Assembly: GCA_020137815.1 (NCBI GenBank)
Contig: CM035356.1
Coordinates: 1,178,001 to 1,242,000, forward strand
Source: Hormiphora californensis
Taxonomy: Eukaryota > Animalia > Ctenophora
Direction: 5' to 3'
DNA length: 64,000 nt
Positions 1 through 11,630 of this stretch are shown one piece after another. A program made the position numbers and the translations under genes. The notes below the pieces were generated by a model that did not search any database, had not been told where the DNA came from, and saw only the letters and a program-made list of their open reading frames with translations. Position 1 is the first letter of the stretch, and every line of letters begins with the position of its first letter.

Positions 1-61
1 TGAACAGTGAATACTCATTACACATTAATGATGTTTGCCCCCCCCCCCCCCCCCCCCCCCC

Positions 62-1135
62 GGGGGGGTATCAACCATTTTTGTGTACGGATGTACGGAA
101 AAAGCAGGCAATATTTTTTTGTACGGTCCGTACAAAAAATACAAAAAAATACAAAAAAATACAAAAAAATACAAAAAAGTTTACTGCTGTCGGGAACTTC
201 TTTGGTGCCTTCTACAGGTCTCTAGAGGCGCTCGAGGTCCTTCTATTGGCCTTTAAAGGCCTCTAGAGTGTTTATTTAGTTTATTTCACCATTCCCCGTC
301 CCCACGACTCCTAACTAGAACAAGTCTTACTAACCCGGTGTCCCAGCATATTTTTTGGCCGAGAATGGCCAAAATTTATCCCCATTTTGGCCGATTTTTT
401 CCCGTGGTCTAAGTTAGTTTGATAATAGTTCAAGATAGTGGAACTTTAATTTAATAGTCTAAAAAACGGTCGAGTTTTTGAAATTAATTGATTTACACTT
501 AGTGCTATACCAAGTGTTAGTATTTAAAAAGTTTTGAAAAAAATGATCCAGGCGAGTTTCGAACCCGGGTTCTTCTGCGTGTCAAGTATATGCAATAACC
601 ACTACACCATGGGGGAACTGAATAGACTGCGATTTGAGAGTATATAATCTAGCGCGCGCACAACTGGCCGGGGGAGAGAGGCCGATTCGGCTTTTTCAGT
701 TTTTCGGCCTGCTTATGCCTCCTTTTTCCAGGCATGAGGGGGAATAAGTAGGCATATTCGGCCGAAAAATGAAATTTCATCAGAAAATAAAGCTTGGGCA
801 CTATCCCGACATATTTTGCTGTTACCCAACTAGGATTTGGAGCAAGTTCAGGTCTAGAATAACTTAATCATGGTAATGTTCGCATGGAAAAAGCATGGGA
901 TTATGAGTACTACGAAACTAGAGGGCTATACAGGCCAGTATAAGGACCCCGCAAACCTCTAGAGACTTATAGGGGGCCCTAAAGAAGTTCCCTTCAGCAG
1001 TATATTTTTTTGTATTTTTTTGTATTTTTTTGTATTTTTTGTACGGAAAAAGCAGGGAATTTTGGTTATTTTTTTGTACGGACCGTACAAAAAAATACAA
1101 AAAAATACAAAAAAATAGGTTGGTACCCCCCCCCC
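62..1135. mobile_element. Non-autonomous foldback/MITE with G-run/C-run termini and 10-bp subterminal tandem repeats
   Basis: GGGGGGGTATCAACC at the left end and GGTTGGTACCCCCC at the right. The (AAAAAAATAC)n array at about 133-178 is mirrored by (GTATTTTTTT)n at about 1000-1040. Further inverted similarity links about 180-270 to about 918-1000. No ORF. Confidence 0.75.
548..619 (-). pseudogene. Degenerate tRNA-Val-like sequence inside the foldback element
   Basis: Minus strand reads GTTCCCCCATGGTGTAGTGGTTATTGCATATACTTGACACGCAGAAGAACCCGGGTTCGAAACTCGCCTGG. It has an A-box, a GAC anticodon-like loop and a GGTTCGAA B-box, followed by a T-run. The stems are broken. Confidence 0.6.
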
Positions 1136-1641
1136 CCTCAGGAATGTGTAAACGGCGCAAGGCCCCAATAACGAGCAACTACGTTGAAGATTATATGTCG
1201 ATGCACAAGAAAGTCCTTGCCAAACTGGGAGCATGCAGACTGTCTGTTTGGTTCGCCTGTTCTGTGTGGAAATATGAAGAGGATTCGATCATGCAATGTG
1301 TGTTCAAATGCACGGATCGTTATGGAAATAGACGGCGTTGCTTCTAAGCAGATAATCTTGTGAGGTCGTGAGGTGATTTAGATCCCAGTGTCACGAGCCT
1401 TAAAACCGGACTTTTATGGTCGGGAAGACGCACGTCCGAGAGGTGTGATTTGTTTCCCATTGTATTCAGAAGGCGTGTGTCTGCCCGGGTAGATGCACGC
1501 CTTCCAGTCCCCCAAACTGCCGTGTTAGCACGTGAACTCGAGATGTAATTACATGGTTTGCATTTTTGAAAATCTAAAAACAATTGTTTTTTCCGTCTCT
1601 CAATTATATCAACGCGTGTTACAACTCAAACAGATCAAATA

Positions 1642-4600
1642 CTATACAGCTAACCAGGTTGTCTGAATGGGGTAGTGGTCGGATACTTTCTTGGATAACG
1701 CTTCCGTGAGGTTGAGCCAAATATCAAACCTGGTGGAGGGATATGTACAGACTAGTGTTAGGAGTTCATATGAACTTTATCTAATGTTTGAGTAGTTCAT
1801 TCTACGTTCAATAGTTCAAACTATTATGACACTCGGCTGGCAGTTGAATATATTGTCCCCCTATATGGAAATATATGATGATCGGGTGATGCTTTTTATT
1901 TAAAACTAAAATCTAGTGGCGAGCTGTTACCTGTCAACTTTGGTGTCAGTAAAGCTAGCAGAACCACGGGAAATAAATCGATCATACGCACAATCCGTTT
2001 TAGTCTGAAAAAATGAGTGTGCCAGTTTAGTTTCTCTTTCTCCATATCTCCATATCTCTATTTAAAGATATCTCTGATATCTCTCTTCATCTCTTCTCAC
2101 CGAAACAGTTGTATCAGCGTCCCTGCCAATCATCCAGTTATAATTACTGGACCGGTATAGGGAACTCAGGGACTGTGTTTCTGTCATGGTCAGGTAGCTG
2201 CAGTCAGCGTTCAGGTCTCCCATCATCAGAGAATCGGGAGAGAATCCTGATAGTTAGGAGAAAATCAGATGAAAATATTGATAGTTAGGAGATAAGTTAT
2301 CGAACATGTCCTCAATTTATACATTATCGGATACAATCATGTAATAATAACAAAAGCAGTATGAACTTGAGACAATATAGCCTGCTGCACCTTAGGAGGT
2401 GCTAGTTGGTGCATAGTGCATACCTTGTTGAACGGCCCATGTGTACACGTTGTCCATTTCCCCTAACTCCTCGGGTACATCGTCTGGATCAGTGTGAACC
2501 CCCACCAGGTCAACTTGTAGAGGAATCTACAACAGGAAAGGGGCGATGTAATGAATATATTGACTTGATAGTTGATACCATAGCGGGTAAATACACGCCT
2601 GTCCGCTACAGTTTGTCTGTTTTAGCCGCTAAAATGCTTTGCAAATCCACAATGAACGCCGTATATATTTCACCCTTTACCTGAGACAAGAGAGATTTGA
2701 GCACAGATGGTTCTCTGTGAAACACATCAGAAGGGTCACTGTACACTGTGTGGTTGTCCATTGTAACCAGGCTTGTATCATAGATAATAGCATACTGCTC
2801 CATGTATCGAGTTGTCCGGCCCAGCCTGAGAGGGTGTTTTTTGTAGTTGGATTTTAATGCTGCATATCTTCTGATCTGTCTGACGGAGCTGACTTGATCT
2901 GAGTGCTTTGTAGAAAATCAAAACGTGGTCTGGCGGACAGGCCAATGCTCTCACCACGGTTCTCTGAGAATAGGGTCAGGCCAATGCTCTGACAAGGGGC
3001 TGGCGGACAGGTCATGATATGGTGTTTGGAACTGTTTTGGTTGGTTGGTTGGTTGGAAAATTTCAAGTTGGGCATAAATACAGGATACACAATGTCAAAC
3101 ATGAATGTAAATATTTATATCCCAGTCCCGTGCGAAGAGATTCTAAACAGTGGAAAACATGTGAAAGGGTGAAAAAAGAATCTCCACAAGCTTGTGGGAC
3201 AGATCATAAAATTAGAAGATATGAGAGTATGATTGTGAGTGTGAATGTGGTTGAATGGTATGATGTGAAGAGTTCATACACACTCAATGACTCCCTTTCT
3301 CAACACATATTATCTCGATGGGTTCTCTTTTCTCAGTTTCTGTAAAGTCTCTAGAGTTCTACGTCTCTCTGCTCGCTCCTCGACCGTCCTATCAGGACCC
3401 AAGAATACCTTGTTGAAAATCTGCGACTTTTTCAAGTCCTTAGCTTTCCTCAGAAGCACTAACAAACTATCATTCGATGCTAGTTTGGCGATAATTGGCC
3501 GAACTTTACCATCAGATCTGGTTCCTAGACGCCTGCAATCGGAAAAAGGAAACTTCTCGTGTAGCTCCTCCATGAGTCCAGTCACTGCAGCATCAGGGCT
3601 ATCCTCGTCCTCGGCCTCCTCAAGGTTAAAGATAAGAATATTCTTGCTCCTATCAGTATCTTCCACAGCATTACGAACCGGAGAAACAGTCCTCTGTATC
3701 ACAGCTTGCAACTTAGAGGGCGCAACTGCTGCAGCACAATTACTTGAAACTACGGCTGACCAGGTCACTGCCCGGGCTGTACTGATATCCTCGTCCTGTA
3801 GCTGGATTATTTTCTTCTGTAGCTGGATCACCTCTTTCTGGCAGTCACGCAACTCCCTCTCAAGACTCCGTACCATGTTAGAGTCCTCAGTTTCCTCCTC
3901 GGCAGCACCACTATCCGCTCCTTCCTCTTCATCCTCCTGCTCACTGGAATCCTTGGCATTCATCTCTCTCCGCTCCTTCCTAGCAGCTTCAATCAACACA
4001 GGTAGACATTTCTTGACCAATAGCTGAGACATAGTCGATGTGTAGCCAAACAGAACGTTAGAAGGCTGATTCTTGATACCCTCATATTCTCCAACTCCGT
4101 AAATCCGGTGACCACGCTCCAGCTTGTATTCGATATCATATTGGCACAACACACTACCACCACATGCAGTTGACAGAACACCAGCCATTTCAAGAATCTC
4201 GTCAATAATGTCCTGAAAAGACTCAGTCTCCGATTCATCAGAGTCAGACATAGCGAGTAACGGTCACTTTTCAACACAGAGATAAGAGACAGCAGCTTTT
4301 CAAACGCACGATATGTGAGAAAGATAAGAAGTGAGTTTTGTTTACGTGACGCGCGAAACCAAAACATAGGGGAGTCCCGCGCGAAACGAGATTCAGAGGA
4401 GAGCGGGAAATGTATCCAAACAGTTGATGTTTATAACACCCGTCATCACTCACTGAGTGACTCAGGCCGGGTCCAGACGAGTGGTAGGTAGCTACAGTAG
4501 CTACCTGCCATAGCACCCTGCCATAGCACCCTGTCATAGTAACTATGACAGGGTGCTATGGCAGGGTGCTATGGCAGGTGGGTACTGTCCAGACGAGTGG

Positions 4601-6520
4601 TAGCTAAGCTATCATAGTAAGCCATCTACCACTCGTCTGGACACCCTCTGACACAAATCAATCATCGGGGTATCACATTTCTCATGCCCCATATAGTAGG
4701 GACGAATCTCTCACAAAAAGAAGTGGTTGACTCACTATTTGGTTCAAAGCAAATTCCGGTTGTAACCCACCTATGTTGACCCGCTGAACACGATCCCGTC
4801 CATAGGCAAGCTCGCAAAAGTGAAGAAAATGCCCAAATCGGCCACGCCCTTTTACCTGTATTTTCAGCCTGTAGCCAAAAACATAAATCCTCTTAGAATA
4901 GGAGTAGAGACAAATCTGAGGGCACTAAAGTGATCAGCGCCCTCGCATTAATGGGGGTAGGTGCTGGAATTAAGTCTCTATCTCATCTGGTTAATTGGAT
5001 AATTGGATAATTAGGTTTGCGCATAACCGTTTTTTGGCTATATGGCTATAGCCACTTAGGAATGGTTTAAAGACTTTTCACTGACGCCATTTTGTAGGCA
5101 ATAGCCAAGTTATGGGGGGTCGACGTCGGACTTTTAAGCTCTATCTCCAACCGTTTAGCCGTTATTTGGCTTAAACGGTGCTCAAAATCGGGCTTTTTAC
5201 CGTTTTTCGCTCATAGCGAGTCAAAAAATTAAGATTCGTCCCTACTAACTAATAGAAGTAAAGTTGCAATGGTAGGTTGTCAGAGGCTGTCCAGACGAGT
5301 GACACCCTACTCTTGCACCCTGCCATAGCAGGGTGCAATAGCAGGGTGTAATAGGCTGAGGTATAAGACCCTGCAATGGTAGATATAAGTGTCCAGACGA
5401 GTGGTAGGTGTGGTAGATATCTACTATAGCACCCTGCCATAGTAGCTACCTACCACTCGTCTGGACCCGGCCTCAGTCTAGTCACATCGGATCGGGCGCG
5501 GCCAGACAGCTCATCACCCAAAGGACTGGGAGTTTGGTCAATGACCAACCTCCCAATGTAGACTGTCAAGGCATGACCGACGGTCATGCCTTCACAGTCT
5601 ACATTCTACACTGTTCTTCGCAGAGCCAGAAGTTGGTGCAATGAATCAGAAGTCATTCCCGGCCAACACCGACCACAATCATTCAAATTTAATTCCCATA
5701 CACCCACCTGATGCTGAGGGCCATATCGTAGGTGCTCTTAACAGCTTGGCAATCGGCCAAAAATTTCCAGATCATGGTCTGAGATTTGTCCTTGATTTCC
5801 TGAATCAAGACTACATCATACTTAGTCACGATGTCGACAAGGTACCCTCGAATCTCCGCCCTCGAATACTTTGTCCTGGAATGGTAGGCAAGGGTCTGGG
5901 TAGGGACCTTTAAACCCCCAAATAAAATTGCAAGTTTTCCGAAACCAGACAGATTACGAAACATGACACCTACTTTCCAAAGGATTGAATGTTGAAGGCC
6001 CCAATTTTGATGTTTTCTGAACAAACCAAAGTCACCAAAATGGCACCAATAATACCAAAACGAAACATCATATCGGACGACAAAAATCGGAATTAACTCT
6101 CTCAGAATAGAACACTTTGGCGGCTTTTATATCTGGACAATGTGGACAGGTGAATTAAAACAATTGAACGCCGGTGTGTGCTGTTTTGTGAAGGGAGAGA
6201 CAATTACTGTCAACTGTGTGGTGACCACGTCTCATTGTTTTTATTACAATGCACCAAGTGGTTAGGGGTGGCATTGAGAGAGAGAGAGAGGGAGAGAGGG
6301 AGAGAGAGAGAGAGAGAGGGGGGGGGGGACCATATACCACAACCATCGTCCACCACCTTTAATATAATATAAACGAAATATAAAAGGTGTTGTACCGGCC
6401 GAGGGACAGTCTCACTGAGCAACAGCTGGGTCTAATTTTCAGTAGACTTTCTCCCTTTGAGTCTGGACCCTTGAGACTATTACAACACTGAGCTGGGTGG
6501 CTGGTCCAAGTGAGGTAGAA
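1642..6520 (-). CDS. Deoxyribonuclease I family protein (multi-exon)
   Basis: Phase-consistent GT-AG exons 6520-6396, 5875-5708, 2825-2681, 2526-2424, 2246-2101, 2004-1931 and 1729-1642. They give DNase I motifs: YDVVLIQEIKD, LGRTTRYMEQYAIIY, VFHREP, GVHTDP (catalytic His), MMGDLNADCSY, DADTT, DCAYDRF, VSDHYPI (catalytic His). The true start is uncertain (possible ATG exon about 6731-6693). Confidence 0.92.
3040..4430 (-). mobile_element. ORF1-only retroelement with (CCAA)n tail
   Basis: ORF1 is followed by about 230 bp of non-coding sequence and (CCAA)4 at about 3040-3057, with no ORF2. The 5' boundary is approximate. Confidence 0.55.
3310..4251 (-). CDS. Non-LTR retrotransposon ORF1p (coiled coil + RRM, CR1/L2-type)
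   Basis: 313-aa single-exon ORF with a coiled coil followed by DRSKNILIFNLEE...RRLG...RPIIAKL...KVFLGPDRTVEERAERRR, typical of LINE ORF1. Lies in a DNase I intron. Confidence 0.8.
   Translation of the reverse strand: MSDSDESETESFQDIIDEILEMAGVLSTACGGSVLCQYDIEYKLERGHRIYGVGEYEGIKNQPSNVLFGYTSTMSQLLVKKCLPVLIEAARKERREMNAKDSSEQEDEEEGADSGAAEEETEDSNMVRSLERELRDCQKEVIQLQKKIIQLQDEDISTARAVTWSAVVSSNCAAAVAPSKLQAVIQRTVSPVRNAVEDTDRSKNILIFNLEEAEDEDSPDAAVTGLMEELHEKFPFSDCRRLGTRSDGKVRPIIAKLASNDSLLVLLRKAKDLKKSQIFNKVFLGPDRTVEERAERRRTLETLQKLRKENPSR
4465..5472. mobile_element. PIF/Harbinger-like MITE
   Basis: TIR GGCCGGGTCCAGACGAGTGGTAGGTAGCTAC / GTAGCTACCTACCACTCGTCTGGACCCGGCC, flanked by a TCA 3-bp duplication. 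Internal repeats of TCCAGACGAGTGG and CCTGCCATAGCAC. Confidence 0.8.
4694..5247. mobile_element. MITE nested within the Harbinger-like element
   Basis: TIR TAGTAGGGACGAATCT / AGATTCGTCCCTACTA with TA ends. Confidence 0.7.
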
Positions 6521-7090
6521 CTGGGTGGATAATCAATATGAATCAATATGAATAAATATCATATTCATAACACTCAGTTAATGAAACAAATAAATCAAAC
6601 CATGAACAATCAGCCAACAATATTTTTGTTGCTTCATAAACCCGCTATCTCGTTATCTTCATCAGATTCAGTTCTACTTCTAGCCTCTCACCCAGAATCT
6701 CTCAGTCTCAGTCTCCCAGCCGGTAGCCATGACTACCCCAGAAACTCTTCACCATCAATCCAGTGCGGCTGGATAAGGTAAAAACAGGAGGGAACACCAG
6801 ACTCGGCCTCGGTCCCGGGTATAATTCGGCCTGTTTCAAGAACACACCAACACCCCTGACTATCACACTGGATGGGAGCGAAACTCCCGTCCTCCAGGCA
6901 GCTGGGCACCCAATCAGTAGCCAGATCACGTTCCTCTACACAACCCTATTGGACAAAGAAACATTGGGTCGTGTAGTAGTATAGTGTCATAGTGAGGGAC
7001 AGAACTTGTCTACCAGTAACCCTAGTTACTCACAAGTAACATATTCAATTGCCCAATTGGGAGGGACACTGGCACTACCAATCCAATCTA

Positions 7091-7727
7091 CAGGGTGTTC
7101 ATTTTGGATCTTTACAAGCGTTGGGCTTCACCCAGAAAAAAGTTGACAAGATTAGGTCATGAAAATTCATACTTGGACTATTCTATACCCTCATTCAAGG
7201 TTCCTGGGGTTTTTGGAGCTTTAGGACCCTGGGAAGTGTGTTTTTGGCATCAAAACTACCAGAAGGAATTTTTTGCTGGTGCTGAGACTTTGCTAAAATG
7301 TTTTTTGGGTATTTTCTATGTCAATCCTAAAGTTTCATAGAGATTGGATGTGTTTTTCAGACTCAAAATTTCGTAAAAAGTGGCTGGTAAGACTCAATTT
7401 TAGCCGATTTTGAGCTGTTTTTGAGCCTTTCCAGCCACTTTTATCGAAATTTTGAGTCCGAAAAACACATCCAATCTCTATGAAACTTTAGGATTGACAT
7501 AGAAAATACCCAAAAAACATTTTAGCAAAGTGCCAGCACCAGCAAAAAATTCCTTCTGGTAGTTTTGATGCCAAAAACACACTTCCCGGGGTGCTAGAGC
7601 TCCAAAACCCCCAGGAACCTTGAATGAGGGTATAGAATAGTCCAAGTATGAATTTTCATGACCTAATCTTGTCAACTTTTTTCTGGGTGAAGCCCAACGC
7701 TTGTAAAGATCCAAAATGAACACCCAG
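7091..7727. mobile_element. Palindromic Tc1/mariner-like MITE
   Basis: TA|CAGGGTGTTCATTTTGGATC...GATCCAAAATGAACACCCAG|TA. The arms are near-perfect inverted copies, and mirror ORFs 7095+ and 7723- are near-identical. Confidence 0.9.
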
Positions 7728-8587
7728 TACTAATCCCTCACAGAAATAGAATGCGATGTGAGCTACAGTACCTTTGTAAAGGGCCGAGGAGCTGTAAAAA
7801 CGTGGGAAAGGCACAAGAGGACAAGTAAAATATACCTAACAAACATAGTGGCAAGTTGTATGAGGGTGTTTTCAGTCACACACACTGACCACTGGAGATA
7901 AGCAGTTGCTTGGGGTATATTGAATTACCGCAGCCGAGTACTGTATAAAATATCGAAAATGACAAAACTCAAGATTTTGCGGAATGTAATAAATTACAAC
8001 GATATAATAATATGGTTAGTTAGGTTAATTTATAAGCTGGGCTAGAGTTCTCTCTCACTCCCTTTTGGCTCATTAAATAAAATAGAAGCATATCATTTGG
8101 GTAAATCGACTCATTTCAGTTCCTAGGACCTTACTCAACAACTAGGACCTAGATAGATACTTGATCAGTCAAATGAAAAGTAAAACTGCAAATTCATGCT
8201 ACCATCATTCTTACATTCTGATGTGTCTATTGGATTAAAAAACGTCACATTACGTGCAGGCTTCAAACAATTCATAACTAACTAGTAGGATTCCTACTAA
8301 GACGATCAGTTGGAAATTCAGAAAATAAAGCGATATGTCTCGATAAAATAAAAGTTTAAGTGTGTAAAATAAAATATCCGTGAGGTTTAGTTTAGAGTCC
8401 AGACCACAGACCTGACCATTTGTGCAGATTCTAGAGTAAGAATATTTAAAGAAAAATATCACACTCAATCATCGGAGACCCGACCAAAGGCAAGTCTCGT
8501 TCTACTTCGTCCCGTACATTTCTACTGATTCGAAGGTCTCTCATTTCAGTGAATCACCTCACACATGTGACACAAAACACACACGCA

Positions 8588-11500
8588 TTACTGAAGTTGT
8601 CTGGGGTGAGGGGTGAAATGGGTGTTTCGGTTCAGATCGTCTATAGATTCCATGTCCTCGATTGTTAGAGAAAACTGGAAGATATCAGCATTCTCTCGGA
8701 TAGTGAGGGGGACTCTTGGACTTGGGTAGTACTCCTGGGTGGGAGGGACGGGGTTAGAACAGTGAACACCATCATCAGAATTATTCAGAGGGTTTTGTTG
8801 TAATTTGTTGGTCAGAAACGTCTGCCAAGCCAATGCTTTGATAGTGAAATGATATATTTGATTCCCGATATTGGTTTGTTCAGCTCTGTTGTCAATAATA
8901 CGACACACACTCACCTACGCCATGCTGAATGACCCATTTGAGGACAATCTGGGAGGGTGCTTTGCGATATTTCCTTGCCAGGTGCTGTATAACAGGATCC
9001 TCAACACACTGAAACGTTATTTATAGAGTTAGTTAACTGGCATTATAATGACTTAATTACATCCGTATATTTTGGTAAGATGCCAACGACAGACAGTAAA
9101 CTGCAGTAATTTCTGAGACGGCGCGATGTGTTAAATGCTTGCTTTGTTCTTTCAATGCAAGAAACATTTCGCGCGCTACGCTAACAACGCGCCGAATAAT
9201 GTGACTGATTTGAAAATGATCAGAGCCATTTTCTCACCAGATTACAATTTTGATATCGAACTTTGCAACTGATAAACAATCTCCCTGACTATCTCTATTA
9301 TTACCTTGATAAAACAGAATGCCTGCATGCGGATGTGATTTTTCCGGCATATGTCGACAAGATCTCGCTGATAGTTATACGGGTGAAACTCTGCTTGTAG
9401 CATTGCAGGTACCACCTTGCACTGTTCAAGCAGGTATGTGAGCTCACGGGTACCAAATCGATAACATCCAATATCCTTTATTTTACCTGTAAAATGATAG
9501 GGATAAAATAAGAAACAGTTCGATAAAATTTGAAAAAAAGCCCCCAGCGAGAATCGAACTCGCGACCCCTGGTTTACAAGACCAGTGCTCTAACCTCTGA
9601 GCTATGGAGGCGTTAAGTTATTGGCAATTGGGAAGTCTTTATTTACCATTGTTGTTACACATCATGGAATGTGGATTGAGGGGACGTGTTTGTTTGCATG
9701 ACTTGTTACCTTGGTGATAGAGAGTTTCCAGAGCAGAGTAACATTCAATCATAGCTTGTTCAGGACGCATTCCGTTGAGATCTGTGATTGAGATAATATT
9801 AACGTTGATTGGATTGGGGGCCACTAGGGGACCTCCAAGCTGGTCTCGCGTGTCCCCCAATCCAATCATCATGATGTCGCGGACGGTGCTACCAGCCCTT
9901 CAAGGTTGGCACAGCAGATAAGATTAACATTAATTGGTAGCCGGGGAATAGAACAGTGTTTATCTGGTAACTTACATTTGTGGGATGGCCAATACAGGAG
10001 CATAATATCGACATAGTCTGTCTGGAGATGGTGTAGTGTGTTTTCTACACACTCTAACGCATCTTCATACGTAACACATCCCGGATCTGTGGAAGGAGGG
10101 GGTGGAGATTGAAAGTGGAGGCTAGAGAGAGTTCTCCACAATAATATTGGAACATGGAGTCAGGAAGATCTGATTTGCAGTGTACCATGTCCACAGATCT
10201 GACTATCGATTACTAATTTATCAACTCACCGATCTTGCTCACAATGTAGATATCTTCTCGGTTCAACCCATGTTTGTACAAGGTATCCCGGAACGCATTC
10301 CCAAGTTCCCTCTCATTTCCATACGATGCACCCGTGTCAAATAGACGGTACCCACAGCTTAAAGCTGCATCCAGTGCCGTGGTCACCTGGCCTTGGTTCC
10401 GAACCTTGTATGTGCTTACTGTGAGAGGAAAGGGAGGGGTGTTAGTAGGGAGTGGTGGCTCAGGGAGTTGCATTGTGGAAAGGAGCTAGCAGTTAGACGT
10501 TAGTACGTATACAGTATAGTAGTAGGTGTTGCAGGGAGAGAAGATTGGAGCATTCATGCTTGTTGAGCGAAGAAAGAAATTAGGCGGCGTTTAATTTATG
10601 AAATGAGATCTGAATGTATTCATTTGTTACAGCAAAAGCATTTGTCAAACTAGCCGGATGGCGGGAGTCAGCTGCTTGCTCTACCCTACCAGCAGAGAGC
10701 ACATCATGAGCACATCATGAGCGAGCGAGTATGAAATAATGCTAGAGTAAAGCAAGGGAGATTATAATTGTCTCTGAGTGGGTACGACTTATAATACACA
10801 GCACAGACACAAAATACAGTTGCATTCTACATATTTTATAACGTCTAGCAGACCCTTACATCCAATACACGGTATATCAATCACTTTCCCATGTGTGATG
10901 TGACTACTTGGAACCAACTTATTAGTAGTTTGTTCTGGTGTTATTCCGTTTTCAGACTCTCCCGGGGTATTACCTGGTCGGTGCGTATTATATAGGTAGA
11001 TACACATTACACGTTCGTAAATTATAAACACGGGTTATTATTCCATACATGGTCTTATTGGTGAGTGGGAAAGAGAGAGAGAAATTTAGGAAATACAGAT
11101 TGGAGATAGACAGAAAGAGAAAAGTTTTCCCATGTGATAGTTTATTTGAAACATGACACTTTTTTCACTTCTTCCACTCTCGGGGATCCCGATAGAGCAC
11201 TGTTGATGGAAAGTGAATCAGTCGTGTTAAATGTGACACTATTTATACAAGCCAAGGCCACACCTGTGATTTGATTAATGGCCATATAAACCATAATAGA
11301 CTTACATTCACCACGCAGGTAAGGACACCTTCCCCTGTTGGGATTTTTCCTACAGCTAAAAAAATAATTACCCGCCTTATTTCTATACGAAAAAGGATAG
11401 TACATCCAGCCAAATATTACTTACGTCCCAGAACAGGGATATCCAAGGCAGTTCGGGGAGGTGGTGTGGCAGTGTACATCTCGAGGGTATTCCCAACAGT

Positions 11501-11630
11501 CAATATCTCTCCCGTCCTCTTCTCCTTTCTGGATTTGGGTTTTGGTGGTCGCAGGCTGGGCTTGATCAGATAGGGCTCACTTATGGGCTCGTTCTTTATT
11601 GATACACTTCGTGTACAGAGTCTGAGGGGA
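8588..11630 (-). CDS. Aldo-keto reductase family protein (divergent, multi-exon)
   Basis: Exons 10973-10860 (or about 11635-11425), 10418-10230, 10086-9976, 9781-9710, 9486-9305, 9008-8915 and 8734-8588. Motifs: IPCIGLSTY, GYRLFDTGASYGNE, REDIYIVSKI, LQTDYVDIMLLYWP, GKIKDIG, QAEFHPY, PSQIVLKWVIQHGV, LPKS, IRENADIFQFSL. There is one +1 frameshift in a C5 run at about 8707-8711. The 5' structure is uncertain. Confidence 0.85.
9539..9611 (-). tRNA. tRNA-Thr (anticodon UGU), intronic in the AKR gene
   Basis: GCCTCCATAGCTCAGAGGTTAGAGCACTGGTCTTGTAAACCAGGGGTCGCGAGTTCGATTCTCGCTGGGGGC folds into a full cloverleaf with a TGT anticodon and is followed by a T7 Pol III terminator. Confidence 0.95.

Noticed and set aside
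2101-2246. Apparent in-frame stop in a DNase I exon
   Set aside because: Re-reading the reverse complement gives SSNYNWMIG, which is open.
7095-7723. Twin 81-aa ORFs on opposite strands
   Set aside because: They are mirror images produced by a palindromic MITE, not genes.
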